A stretch of DNA of 41,589 bases from Eubacteriales bacterium (GTDB lineage: Bacteria; Bacillota; Clostridia; Oscillospirales; CAG-272), in assembly GCA_045633025.1 (NCBI GenBank), contig JAZQXS010000058.1, positions 1 through 41,589 of the forward strand. Reading direction: 5' to 3'. The notes beneath the pieces were generated by a model that did not search any database, was not told the DNA's origin, and saw nothing but the letters and a program-made list of their open reading frames with translations. This document shows positions 16,964 to 25,361 of this stretch, piece by piece. Positions within the stretch are counted from its first letter, which is position 1, and the number at the start of each line of letters is the position of its first letter. The position numbers and the translations under genes were made by a program.

Positions 16964-17290
16964 TTAGTACCGCTCAACGCGGAGCGAGTCCGGAAAGCTC
17001 CCGGCGTAGGCGTCGATGGCGGCCTCAACGGGAGTCAAGTACCGCTCAACGCGCTTGTAGTCCTTGGCGGTGGCCAGCTTAACGTCTACGATGCCGTCTC
17101 CGTACTGCACACGGATGATGCCGTCGAGGATCTTGTTTCCCATGGCCGCCACGGCCTTGGAGTATCCCAGCATCTGGGAGGATATCGCCGCGCACAGAAG
17201 GCTCTGCCCCTGTGCAGTCTCCGCGTGTCCTTTGGCCTCTACGGCGATCCTCCGTGCAGTCTTGTCCTTCAGGATTTTGATCTCGATCAT
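16964..17290 (-). CDS. prp: Prp-like (ribosomal-processing cysteine protease family) prohead maturation protease
   Basis: 108 aa. KGHAETAQGQSLLCAAISSQ matches the His...Cys dyad region GHA-x(n)-VCAA/G-S of Prp (DUF464). Lies between the portal and scaffold genes. Confidence 0.75.
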   Translation of the reverse strand: MIEIKILKDKTARRIAVEAKGHAETAQGQSLLCAAISSQMLGYSKAVAAMGNKILDGIIRVQYGDGIVDVKLATAKDYKRVERYLTPVEAAIDAYAGSFPDSLRVERY

Positions 17291-17291
17291 G

Positions 17292-19214
17292 TTACGTGGG
17301 CGATGCCGCGCTCGCCGCCTCCTTCCTGGCTTGATTGATGCCGGGACCCACAGAACCGCTCAGGCTTGCAGATCGTCCGCTTCCTTGCGGCTCTGCACCG
17401 CCGAGGATCTGAGACAGCACCGCCTGCGTCTGCTCCACGTAGCTGGGCACGTCCTCCGAGGGGAGCCCATCGGCCGCGTCTCGGGCGGCACGGTCTGCAT
17501 TCAGCTCGTCGATGACCTGCGCGTACTCCATGAGCGCCTGTCCCAATGCCTCCTTTTCTTCCTGCTCCTCCATGTTGGCGCGAATGATGCGGATGAGCTC
17601 GTCCTTTCCGTCGAAGTCCATTTGCTGGAGGCACGCCAACGCCTGAGACGCCAGCTGAGGAGAAAAGAACCCCGCAGAGAAGAAATTGAGCATGAGGTCG
17701 TTGTTGCTCATGCGGGTGTACTCGCTCTGCTTCTCCGTGGTGACCTCGATGTCGTAGGCAGGGTGTCTGCCGTCTCTGACAGCCGTGCGGCCGTTGTAGG
17801 TCACGTACTGCGCCTCGCCGTCCTCACCTACGATGCGATAGAAGTGATCCTCGTCGTAGAACTGGCGGATGAGTGAGATGAGCTTGTACACGATTCGCTT
17901 GTAGCACTCGTATGAGGAACGGTTGGAGAGTCGCCCCTGCTTGCCCTGCGCCTCCTGCAGAGCTCCGATGGCCTGCGCAGCCGTTACGCCGCCGGGGGTC
18001 GCGCCGGTGGCCACCTCGGTGGTTCCCGAGTTGGTGCGCTGCTCATCGATCATGGATGCCTGCAGGCTCAGCACGTTGCCGTCGATCCGAGGCACCTCAA
18101 TGGGGAAGATCTCCTCGCGGCCGCCGCTGCCCTGATACTTGACCAAGGTCTTGTTGACGTCAAGGAAGTCCGACTCATTGACGCCCGCAGACTCCTTGTA
18201 GAAGTAGCGGGGGCGAGATCCCCACAGGGCGTTCTGCACCAGAGCCTTTCCGATGTAGTCGATGTACTGCTGGGTGTTGAGTCCCACGGCCACCTTACCA
18301 AAGCCCGCTGCCTGTCCCTGCAGGGGGTATAGGACGTCGATCTCGAAGGGGTAGTCCCCATGCTCGTACCAGCCGACCTCGGAAAGCTCCGCGTCGTTTT
18401 CGGAAGCGTACAGGACGACGTCGCCCACGAACTTGCAGTAGTGCAGAACGCGCTTGCGATCCTTGTTGCGCTTTTTGTAGTACCAGTCCACCACGGTGAT
18501 CTTGGTGGGCTTGCCGTTGGTGGGGTTGTCGTCATACCGCTCATAGTCGCCGTCGTTGCAGGAGGCCTCCCGCTCCAGCTCGGGGTACTCGCGGATCAGT
18601 TCATCTCTGTCCATCTGGGTGAGGTAGAATATGTCCGAGGACTCTTGAATGTCCTTTTTCTCGAGATCCCAGTAGAAGTTAAGGATCTGCGCGTCCTTGA
18701 CGTAGAGAGTCTTGGTCTCGCGGTCACATCCATGGGTGTAGAGGCACCAGCCCTGGGTGCCCTTGACGTACTGGTTGTCGTCGTAGACCTTCTCAAAGCC
18801 CATGCGGCGAAGCTCTACGGGGATGACCTTGCCGAGGAGGTAGGCCTCCTCCTCATCTTGCGCCTCCTGCGGGATGATGTTGGCGCGGGGACGGTTGTCT
18901 GATGCGTCTCCCACGAAATTCATGACCGAATTGAACAACCACGCCGACTGGGGATTGACCAGCTCGCCCCTCTTGCGGGGCTCGGTGTCGCCGATCAGGG
19001 CGTAGCCGCTCGCATCCGTGCCGGCGTACTCCTGATAGCGGCGCCGGAACCACTGCTCGTTGAACTTGATGGTGTTGTTGATGGTGCCCTTGGCGGCCTT
19101 GAACATCTCCAGCTTGATCCGCGCCTTTTCGACCTGCTCCTTGCCGATGCGCTTGGCGACCGCTTTCTTTTCCTCGGCCTTGGGGGCTTGGGTTTTTTCG
19201 TTAATATCGTTCAT
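17292..19214 (-). CDS. Portal protein
   Basis: 640 aa. Immediately follows the large terminase with an ATGA overlap, the canonical position. Confidence 0.7.
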   Translation of the reverse strand: MNDINEKTQAPKAEEKKAVAKRIGKEQVEKARIKLEMFKAAKGTINNTIKFNEQWFRRRYQEYAGTDASGYALIGDTEPRKRGELVNPQSAWLFNSVMNFVGDASDNRPRANIIPQEAQDEEEAYLLGKVIPVELRRMGFEKVYDDNQYVKGTQGWCLYTHGCDRETKTLYVKDAQILNFYWDLEKKDIQESSDIFYLTQMDRDELIREYPELEREASCNDGDYERYDDNPTNGKPTKITVVDWYYKKRNKDRKRVLHYCKFVGDVVLYASENDAELSEVGWYEHGDYPFEIDVLYPLQGQAAGFGKVAVGLNTQQYIDYIGKALVQNALWGSRPRYFYKESAGVNESDFLDVNKTLVKYQGSGGREEIFPIEVPRIDGNVLSLQASMIDEQRTNSGTTEVATGATPGGVTAAQAIGALQEAQGKQGRLSNRSSYECYKRIVYKLISLIRQFYDEDHFYRIVGEDGEAQYVTYNGRTAVRDGRHPAYDIEVTTEKQSEYTRMSNNDLMLNFFSAGFFSPQLASQALACLQQMDFDGKDELIRIIRANMEEQEEKEALGQALMEYAQVIDELNADRAARDAADGLPSEDVPSYVEQTQAVLSQILGGAEPQGSGRSASLSGSVGPGINQARKEAASAASPT

Positions 19215-20686
19215 TTCAAATCTCCTTGCTTAACGTCAAGATACAGGTACAGGGGGTTGTGCTGCCAGACCTCACGTCTTACCGTGATGCGAGGCTCGAT
19301 GACGTAGGTCATGCACATGTAGCGGGTCTCGTCGGCTATGTGATCCTCCCCCTCGGTGTCCACGTCCTCCACGTGGGTCTCGCTGTAGACCAGCGATGGC
19401 ACGGTGCGAATGAAGTGAGGACAGGTGTTGAAGACGTAGTACATAGCGCGGCCTTCCTCGTCGAACTTTAGCCGCTCGTGCAGCTGCTGCCAGCCCATGA
19501 TCCGAGCGTTTTTGCCCTTCTCAAAGTAGATGCCTTGGCTCTCGGCGATGTCGTTGATGCTGGGCCCGTGGGACTTTTCCCAGATGGCAGGGTCTGCCAC
19601 GCCGTAGATCTTGTGGCCGCGGATGTTGTAGTCCTCCTGCTCGAAGCGCCGCACCTCCGCGAAGATCTCGCTGGCGGGCATCTCCAAGCCCTTGTTGACC
19701 TCGCCCTCCTTGCAGCCGTAGAACTCCTTGATGCGGTACAGGGTCTTGTCGGGTCCCACCGCGTGCCAGCCCACCGAGAAGGGCTTGGAGAAGCCCCAGT
19801 CGAAGGATCTGTAGATCGGCCAGTGCTTGGGGATCTCAAAGGGCTCGATGACGTGAGTCCAGCGGTGGTCTCCGTAATGGGCGGGATCGTTTTTGAACTC
19901 GCGGAAGACCTGCCCGGAGTAGGAGTCCCAGTCTCCGTAGAGCATGGCGTTGCGCTGTGCCTCGCTCATGCTGGCGAGCTTGAAGATGTAGTTGGGGTCG
20001 TTCTGCCGCAGTGCCGGATTGTCCTGCAAAAAGGACGGGATAAAGATCCGCGACATACGGCGGGTGTACTTCGTGCCGTCTCGGTCTGTGAAGGTGGAAT
20101 TCTCCCAGATCGTGGTGTTGGGCGGCGCAGGGGTGATGAATCTGTCCTTGACCCAGCCGTGGCCGACTCCGCCCGGGTTGGCCGTGGCTCTCATGTAGAC
20201 CAGCATCCCCGCGTCGTTGGGACGGTTACGGGATCGGAGAAAATCGTATTCGTCCCACGTAAAGTGGGTCAGCTCGTCAAAGCCGATGAAGTCGTAGGCG
20301 ATACCCTGATACTGGAATCGGTCGTTCTTGTGTGGCATGGAGCCGAACTGGATCTTCGCGCCGCTGGAGAACCGCCATGTGTGGCTGGTGGAGTGGTAGA
20401 AGGCCTTGGGGTCGATGACGGGGTAGAGGGCGAGGGACTTGTCTATGAGCTCCTGCAGCTGGGGGAAGGTCTTACGGAGGATGATCCCCTTGTACTTGGG
20501 CTTACCGATCTGCCGCAGAGCCTCGGCCACCAGCGCGTCGCTCTTGCCTCCTCCTGCCGCTCCTCCAAACAGTACCTCATCCTCAAAACGCCGCATGAAC
20601 TCGGCTTGGCGCGGCTGAGGCACCCAGGCCACACGCTTTCCGTTTACTACATCACCGGCCTTGTACAGATCCATTAGCTCAGCCAC
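19211..20686 (-). CDS. terL: Terminase large subunit
   Basis: 491 aa. Walker A-like FGGAAGGGKSDA near the N-terminus. Follows the small-subunit-like gene with an 8-nt overlap. Confidence 0.85.
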   Translation of the reverse strand: MAELMDLYKAGDVVNGKRVAWVPQPRQAEFMRRFEDEVLFGGAAGGGKSDALVAEALRQIGKPKYKGIILRKTFPQLQELIDKSLALYPVIDPKAFYHSTSHTWRFSSGAKIQFGSMPHKNDRFQYQGIAYDFIGFDELTHFTWDEYDFLRSRNRPNDAGMLVYMRATANPGGVGHGWVKDRFITPAPPNTTIWENSTFTDRDGTKYTRRMSRIFIPSFLQDNPALRQNDPNYIFKLASMSEAQRNAMLYGDWDSYSGQVFREFKNDPAHYGDHRWTHVIEPFEIPKHWPIYRSFDWGFSKPFSVGWHAVGPDKTLYRIKEFYGCKEGEVNKGLEMPASEIFAEVRRFEQEDYNIRGHKIYGVADPAIWEKSHGPSINDIAESQGIYFEKGKNARIMGWQQLHERLKFDEEGRAMYYVFNTCPHFIRTVPSLVYSETHVEDVDTEGEDHIADETRYMCMTYVIEPRITVRREVWQHNPLYLYLDVKQGDLK

Positions 20687-21161
20687 GATTGCTCACGTCC
20701 TCCGCCGGTGTCTCCATTCGCTCTTGCACAGGTATGAAAGACACGACATTCTCTCCGGCGTCTGCTTCTACAGTGACCTTCTCTTGCCATCTGCCCGGAC
20801 TCCGATTCGTCAACACAAACCTCTGCGCCCGCGTGTCTGCCGGTATCACCTGCTCCTTGACCTCCTCCAGATCGTGTACCACTCCCTCGCGGTCCACTAC
20901 CTGCTTCTTGATCTTGACCTTGACCTTGCGGTCGAAACAGCTCTCAATAACCGCCTGCTCCACTCGCCTGGCCGTCTCCTCGTCAAGCTTCTGTCTGAGC
21001 GCGTCGTTGATGGACTCGCTCCGTATACACCACTTGTTCAGGGTGGTTCGGCTGATGCCGATGATTCCGGCGATCTCCTCCAGCTTCAGCTTGGCCATGC
21101 TTCTAAGCAGAGCCAGCCCCTCCGGGGTCTCCCAGTCTTCGATTCTGACTCTTTTTCCCAA
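20679..21161 (-). CDS. terS: Terminase small subunit (HTH)
   Basis: 160 aa. TTG start with GGAGGG RBS 5 nt upstream. HTH segment LKLEEIAGIIGISRTTLNKW. First gene of the late operon. Confidence 0.65.
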   Translation of the reverse strand: MGKRVRIEDWETPEGLALLRSMAKLKLEEIAGIIGISRTTLNKWCIRSESINDALRQKLDEETARRVEQAVIESCFDRKVKVKIKKQVVDREGVVHDLEEVKEQVIPADTRAQRFVLTNRSPGRWQEKVTVEADAGENVVSFIPVQERMETPAEDVSNRG

Positions 21162-21277
21162 AATTTCCCTCCTTTCGCAAGTTTTATCTCATAAAACGCG
21201 CCCGCGCACCCGTGCGCCCGCACCGCTGTGCGCTCGCGGCGGCGTTCATTTTGTGCCGTTTTGTCTCTTTGCGCAGA

Positions 21278-21307
21278 TTATAGCATTTTTTTCTTGATTT
21301 TGTCAGC
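21278..21307 (-). promoter_or_regulatory. Late-operon promoter: CTGACA-18 nt-TGcTATAAT
   Basis: Minus strand. -35 at 21302-21307; extended -10 TATAAT at 21278-21283. A ~110-nt GC-rich leader precedes terS. Confidence 0.55.
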
Positions 21308-21360
21308 CCCCAAAATTTGCGAATTTACATTTTGTTCATACTCCCCAATCAAGCGAACGC

Positions 21361-21399
21361 AAAACGCCCGCCAAAGTCGGTTTTTTCCGACTTGGCGGG
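21361..21399 (-). terminator. Rho-independent terminator ending the early/replication operon
   Basis: Minus strand: cccgccaagtcgg-aaaaaa-ccgactttggcggg followed by cgtttt. Confidence 0.7.
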
Positions 21400-21440
21400 T
21401 GTTTTAATTCGGTTTTTTCCGACTTGGTGGGTGTTTTAAT
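21377..21440. repeat. 32-bp tandem duplication (31/32 identical) of the terminator 3' arm and flank
   Basis: tcggttttttccgacttgg(c/t)gggtgttttaat occurs at 21377-21408 and 21409-21440. Confidence 0.85.
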
Positions 21441-21445
21441 TCGCT

Positions 21446-21694
21446 TTATTCTGCCTCTATTTTGGCGTCTGGCCTCTTAAATCCCAATTTACTATCGTTC
21501 ATTTGCAGCAAAGGGCACAAGGAATAGTACCGTCTACAGTATTTTCCCATGAAATCCTTCTTTTTCTCCGACGTTCGAAACTTCGTTACCGTTTTACATC
21601 CGGGCTCCACTCCACCGTCGCACGTGATGCACCTGCCTTCGTTGTCGTTATAGTATGGGCACTCAATACCGGCATCCTGCTTGTTCTTTCCCAC
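21446..21694 (-). CDS. Cys-rich small protein (82 aa), unknown function
   Basis: GTG start with AGGAGG RBS 5 nt upstream. CPYYNDNEGRCITCDGGVEPGC suggests metal binding. Last gene before the late operon. Confidence 0.45.
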   Translation of the reverse strand: MGKNKQDAGIECPYYNDNEGRCITCDGGVEPGCKTVTKFRTSEKKKDFMGKYCRRYYSLCPLLQMNDSKLGFKRPDAKIEAE

Positions 21695-21703
21695 TGCTGC
21701 CTC

Positions 21704-21847
21704 CTATCTGGGCATCCTCGCCCGCCACTTGAACCATGCGATCAGCCGCCACCTCGGCGGCTCCTGCTGATACCACGCCGCCATAGCGCGTCGGTACCAA
21801 TTCTTGCGCTCCCTCTCTTTGGCTCTCCTGTCCTGCCTGTTACTCAT
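21704..21847 (-). CDS. Small basic Trp/Arg-rich protein (47 aa)
   Basis: GGAAAGGAGG RBS before ATG 21847; the track start at 21904 overlaps rep. Sequence begins MSNRQDRRAKERERKNWYRR... Confidence 0.4.
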   Translation of the reverse strand: MSNRQDRRAKERERKNWYRRAMAAWYQQEPPRWRLIAWFKWRARMPR

Positions 21848-21869
21848 ATAGTCCTCCTTTCCGCGCTCG

Positions 21870-22796
21870 TCAAAGCGCTCCAAACGCCGCACGGCGTGCC
21901 GCAATGTCTCGCCGCTCGTCCCTGCGTCTTCTCGTCTCTCTCTTTCCTGCCTCGGTGTCCTTTCGGTACAGCTTGAGGTGGATCACCCACTCCCCGAACT
22001 GCTCGATATGTACCGCGCTCGCCTCGGCCAGATAGTAGCCGGGATACCGCTCCTCGATGGCCGCGAACCGCTCCTCCGTGGGAACCACACCCTCACCGAT
22101 GTGGGCGTTGATGTCCTCAATCTCCTTGGCCAGTTCCTCTACAGAGTCCTTGCCGATCTGACCGTTGTGCTCGGCGGTCTCGGGCTTGACCATGTTGCGA
22201 CTGGCGTACCAATGGTGCTCGCCTTTTTCAAGCCCGCCCTGCTTGCTCACGTACTCAGTCATTGCCTCGAAGCCCTTCTCCGACGCCTGCAGCGTGCGGG
22301 CGTTGACGATCTGCGCCTTCCCCCACAGCTCTTTTATTCGCTGCTCGGAGAGCCCGCCCGTGATGTTAAGGTGCACGTGGAATCGCTTCCCACCGTCGTG
22401 CCCCTCGATCACGTACACGTACTTCAGAGGGAGCAATCTCCCCTTGTTGTGCTCCGCCTCCCAGACAGAGGGCTCTCGCTTCTCCCAGGCGCGCTTGACG
22501 CGTCGAAGAAACTTGTCCATCTCGGCCTTGACCTCCGCTCTGGATTCCGGCTTGTGCCCCTCGTCAAAGGTCAGCAGCACCCACAGATCCCGCCCTTCCG
22601 CAAAATTGGCCACGATCATCCGCTCAAAAGCCATCTTTCGATTCCGCTCGTTGACCAGTTCCTGGCTCTCCTTGGTAGGCTTGCCCAGGGATCTCCGCTG
22701 TCCCTTCTTGGCCTTGCACCGACAAACGGTAACGTCGCAGTACTCCAATCCCGGATTGTGCACCGTGTCCCGATAGTAGCTCACCATCGCATTCAT
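21870..22796 (-). CDS. rep: HUH-superfamily rolling-circle replication initiator (Rep)
   Basis: Motif I VLLTFD; motif II RFHVHLNI (HVH at nt 22371-22379); motif III AMTEYVSKQ (Tyr codon 22251-22253). GGAGAG RBS lies 5 nt before ATG 22796; an alternative GTG is at 22835. Confidence 0.65.
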   Translation of the reverse strand: MNAMVSYYRDTVHNPGLEYCDVTVCRCKAKKGQRRSLGKPTKESQELVNERNRKMAFERMIVANFAEGRDLWVLLTFDEGHKPESRAEVKAEMDKFLRRVKRAWEKREPSVWEAEHNKGRLLPLKYVYVIEGHDGGKRFHVHLNITGGLSEQRIKELWGKAQIVNARTLQASEKGFEAMTEYVSKQGGLEKGEHHWYASRNMVKPETAEHNGQIGKDSVEELAKEIEDINAHIGEGVVPTEERFAAIEERYPGYYLAEASAVHIEQFGEWVIHLKLYRKDTEAGKRETRRRRDERRDIAARRAAFGAL

Positions 22797-22845
22797 GCCA
22801 TCTCTCCTTTCGCTCTTGTTTCTGATTTTTTTCACACGGGGATGC

Positions 22846-23349
22846 TCAAACCCACCCCATGTCCCTCTTTACCTGCTCCGACAGCTTTGCCTCGGCTGTC
22901 CCGAACTCAAAGACCTTGTTGTACAGTGCGCTACGCAGATACGCCTTGAGACAGGTCACGCCCGGCAAGGCCGCCCGAAGCTCCTCGGCTCTCTCCTCTG
23001 CCATCTCCTGCGTGACCTCGGCCAGCACCTCGGCCACCATCCCCGCCTCCAAGTCCTCTCCGTTGATGCGGATCATGGCTCGTGGCGGCATCATGTAGAC
23101 CTCGGCCATCACGCGGCACATGTCGTGCAGGATCCCGTAGCAGGCGTGGAGCCGGCTGTACTCATGGAATCCGATCTGATCCTCCGCCCTGGTGATCGCC
23201 TCCCGGAAGCTCATACGTCTGGGCTTTGGGGTATCCCCCACACCCGGTAGGCTTTGCTCACGTCCCCCGAAGGCAGGCAGGCTGGCAGGCATCTCTCGAT
23301 CAAGGATCTGATCTCTCTCGCTTGACTCGCTCCTCTTGTTTCTCGTCAT
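22846..23349 (-). CDS. Replication-module accessory protein (167 aa), unknown function
   Basis: AAAGGGGA RBS. The C-terminal pattern IRINGEDLEAGMVAEVL...KAYLRSALYN recalls C-terminal domains seen with Firmicute replication-initiator/organiser proteins. This is from memory only. Confidence 0.3.
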   Translation of the reverse strand: MTRNKRSESSERDQILDREMPASLPAFGGREQSLPGVGDTPKPRRMSFREAITRAEDQIGFHEYSRLHACYGILHDMCRVMAEVYMMPPRAMIRINGEDLEAGMVAEVLAEVTQEMAEERAEELRAALPGVTCLKAYLRSALYNKVFEFGTAEAKLSEQVKRDMGWV

Positions 23350-23465
23350 TCTCTTGTTCCCCTTTCGTGGTTCTATACTTAATACAGCAATGCCAGCCTA
23401 TGAGGATGGCGAGTCCTCAAATTAACGCCGTTATGCAGTTGCTGTCGCCGGGCTTTGCCCGTAGC

Positions 23466-23531
23466 CAAGGGCGGCGGAATCGAACCGCCTGCGGGCTTGT
23501 CCCGCGCTCCCTGCGCCCTTGATATAATAAA
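23466..23531. other. Candidate replication origin: cloverleaf (tRNA-like T-arm plus acceptor-like stem) ending in CCCTTGATATAATAAAGG
   Basis: Outer stem caagggc (23466-72) / gcccttg (23515-21). Inner hairpins ggcgg-aatcgaa-ccgcc and gcggg-cttgt-cccgc. CTTGATA at 23518-23524 on the plus strand. Confidence 0.45.
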
Positions 23532-23541
23532 GGTAGGCTTT

Positions 23542-23561
23542 GCCCTCCCCGAAGGGAGGGC
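23542..23561 (-). terminator. Hairpin gccctccc-cgaa-gggagggc after the 23573 gene
   Basis: 8-bp GC stem with tetraloop, 11 nt after the stop. The downstream U-tract is weak. Confidence 0.35.
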
Positions 23562-23572
23562 TACGTCTTGCA

Positions 23573-23989
23573 TCAAAGCTCGATGTGCTCGATCTCCGCT
23601 CTGATCTCCAGAACGTGGAGGTAATGCCTCATTGCGTTCAGTTGCTCACGGAGCAGATCCAGATCGCAGTCATGCTTGGGCATGTCCACCTTTTCCGGAT
23701 TCCGCATGGCCGCCTCAATGCGATTGCAGAACCTATTCAGCCGCTCGTAGCGGATCTTGGTCTGGCGATACTCGGCAACAAATCGCGCCTTGTAGTCCTC
23801 GCTAAGCATGAGAGGCACGGTCTCCTCAAACTCGTTGTAGGGCTTGCAGGAGCAGGCCATCATCTTGGTTTCATCCATCGATTTCGCCTCCTTTCTTCTC
23901 AAAATATTCAACTCGCAGATCCCGCACAGCTCCCTGTCCTCACACCGTAGGCAAGGATCGCGCCGGATCGCAAATCCGTTTTCGGTCAT
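23573..23989 (-). CDS. Conserved phage early protein (138 aa) with N-terminal Cys cluster
   Basis: CLRCEDRELCGIC, then KARFVAEYRQTKIRYERLNRF...LREQLNAMRHYLHVLEIRAEIEHIEL. I recall this helical pattern from uncharacterised phage proteins. Confidence 0.35.
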   Translation of the reverse strand: MTENGFAIRRDPCLRCEDRELCGICELNILRRKEAKSMDETKMMACSCKPYNEFEETVPLMLSEDYKARFVAEYRQTKIRYERLNRFCNRIEAAMRNPEKVDMPKHDCDLDLLREQLNAMRHYLHVLEIRAEIEHIEL

Positions 23990-23990
23990 T

Positions 23991-24350
23991 TCATCCGTCC
24001 TTTCTCCTGATGATATCCGTATCGGCAGGGCCGTGTCGGTTTTTCGTGCCGCAAATCGGGCAGATCGTCATGAAACCCTTTACGTAGTCCACCGTGTATC
24101 GGTATCCGCACCCGCACAGGTCGCAGTCTGTCTCGAAGATCTCCGCCTGTGGCCGCAGGATGGTCACAGGGTCCGGGATTTCGATCTCTTCCGGCTCGTC
24201 TTCAAGTTCCTCAAGTTTGTTGTCGTGCCATACCCACATGATCACAACGCTGATCAGCACCAAAAACATCGCAAGTGCCGTCCACATCGGCACAGGCTCG
24301 TCAGCGTACCCAAAAAACCGGTTAAAGGCGTCAATCAACCTTTCTTTCAT
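23991..24350 (-). CDS. Membrane-anchored zinc-ribbon protein (119 aa)
   Basis: TM segment WTALAMFLVLISVVIMWVW. CDLCGCG...CPICG motif. ATGA-coupled to the upstream gene. Confidence 0.45.
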   Translation of the reverse strand: MKERLIDAFNRFFGYADEPVPMWTALAMFLVLISVVIMWVWHDNKLEELEDEPEEIEIPDPVTILRPQAEIFETDCDLCGCGYRYTVDYVKGFMTICPICGTKNRHGPADTDIIRRKDG

Positions 24351-24979
24351 ATCTTCATCCGCTCCTGCTCCGCCGCCACGCCCGCGGCATTGTAGACTGC
24401 TCCGAGGGTCTCCACCAGCTGCTCCCCAATCTTATAGGGATAGATCAGGCCGCGCAGGACAAAACCGCTCATCACCGCCACATAGGGGCATCCCGCGCTG
24501 TCCACACGCTTGAAGCACTCGCATTCCTTCCAGGCCTCAAAAGGCTTGCGGTAGGCCGACTTGATCACCACAAGGCCTCCTCCTCCGTCTCGGAACAGGG
24601 TCAGTTCGTCCCCTCCGAGGCTCATCTGGAAGTCCAGCTGCTCCAGCCGGTCGTCTCCTTGATGGACGTCAGTGAAGTCCATGCCCTCGGGCAAAGCCCC
24701 CTTGTGACTCACCACCAGCTTGTCCCGCTTCTTGGCGTCGATGTCGAAGATCGCGCAGATGGACTCCTCGTCCAGATAGGGCAGACCGTCCAATGGGTAG
24801 CAGGCCACGCCGTCGGAGATCCATTGGCGGGGAGGTGTCGGAACGCGATCCTCGTCCATTTCCTCCGTCAGCATCTCCAACAGCTCCTCGGGGCTCATGA
24901 CCGGCTCCTTCGCCGACTCGTCGAACAGCCTCACGCACCCGGAGGCTTTGCATAATTTTTCTACTGCTTTAAGTTTCAT
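24347..24979 (-). CDS. Hypothetical early protein (210 aa)
   Basis: AAGGGAG RBS before ATG 24979; the track start at 25018 is less supported. Confidence 0.4.
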   Translation of the reverse strand: MKLKAVEKLCKASGCVRLFDESAKEPVMSPEELLEMLTEEMDEDRVPTPPRQWISDGVACYPLDGLPYLDEESICAIFDIDAKKRDKLVVSHKGALPEGMDFTDVHQGDDRLEQLDFQMSLGGDELTLFRDGGGGLVVIKSAYRKPFEAWKECECFKRVDSAGCPYVAVMSGFVLRGLIYPYKIGEQLVETLGAVYNAAGVAAEQERMKI

Positions 24980-25361
24980 GCAGCCATCTCCCTTCATAAA
25001 ATACCCACGCCCGGCCATCCTCGTCCACGTGCACCGTGATCTGCTCCTCGTTGGTGGCGATCACCAGGGCGGCGCGGAAGGTCTCCTCGTCGGGGGCCTC
25101 CTCGGCCTCGGTGAACTCGGTCGCGGCCAGCTCGGCAAGCACCGCCTCCAGCTTCTCCCCGCCGATCCACTTCTGCTCGTATGGCCTGGCCAGGTCGGGT
25201 ATGTAGTAGCAGACCGTCACATCGGAGGCGGCGGGGAGTCCAAACGGCTCGCCCTCCCGGTCTCTCCGAAACCGGACTCCCAGCACCAGCAGCGCGAAGG
25301 CCAGCACCAGAACCAACAAGACCATCAGCCGCAGGGCGTAGTCCTTACAGGCTTGTTTCAT
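24969..25361 (-). CDS. Signal-anchored/secreted small protein (130 aa)
   Basis: ATGA overlap with the parB-like stop. N-terminal hydrophobic LRLMVLLVLVLAFALLVLGV. Confidence 0.45.
   Translation of the reverse strand: MKQACKDYALRLMVLLVLVLAFALLVLGVRFRRDREGEPFGLPAASDVTVCYYIPDLARPYEQKWIGGEKLEAVLAELAATEFTEAEEAPDEETFRAALVIATNEEQITVHVDEDGRAWVFYEGRWLHET

Noticed and set aside
16885-17028. Long N-terminal extensions of track ORFs (16015-17028, 27758-28399, 29196-29744, 28773-29111, 24969-25418, 33371-33640, 37892-38329)
   Set aside because: The extensions overlap upstream genes or promoters and lack RBSs. Internal ATGs with good RBSs or ATGA coupling give compact, non-overlapping genes.
23466-23521. 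A bona fide (phage-encoded) tRNA in the replication-module gap
   Set aside because: The element is only ~56 nt. It has an acceptor-like stem and a canonical T-arm but a single extra hairpin in place of D and anticodon arms. It is reported as a tRNA-like, origin-associated structure instead.
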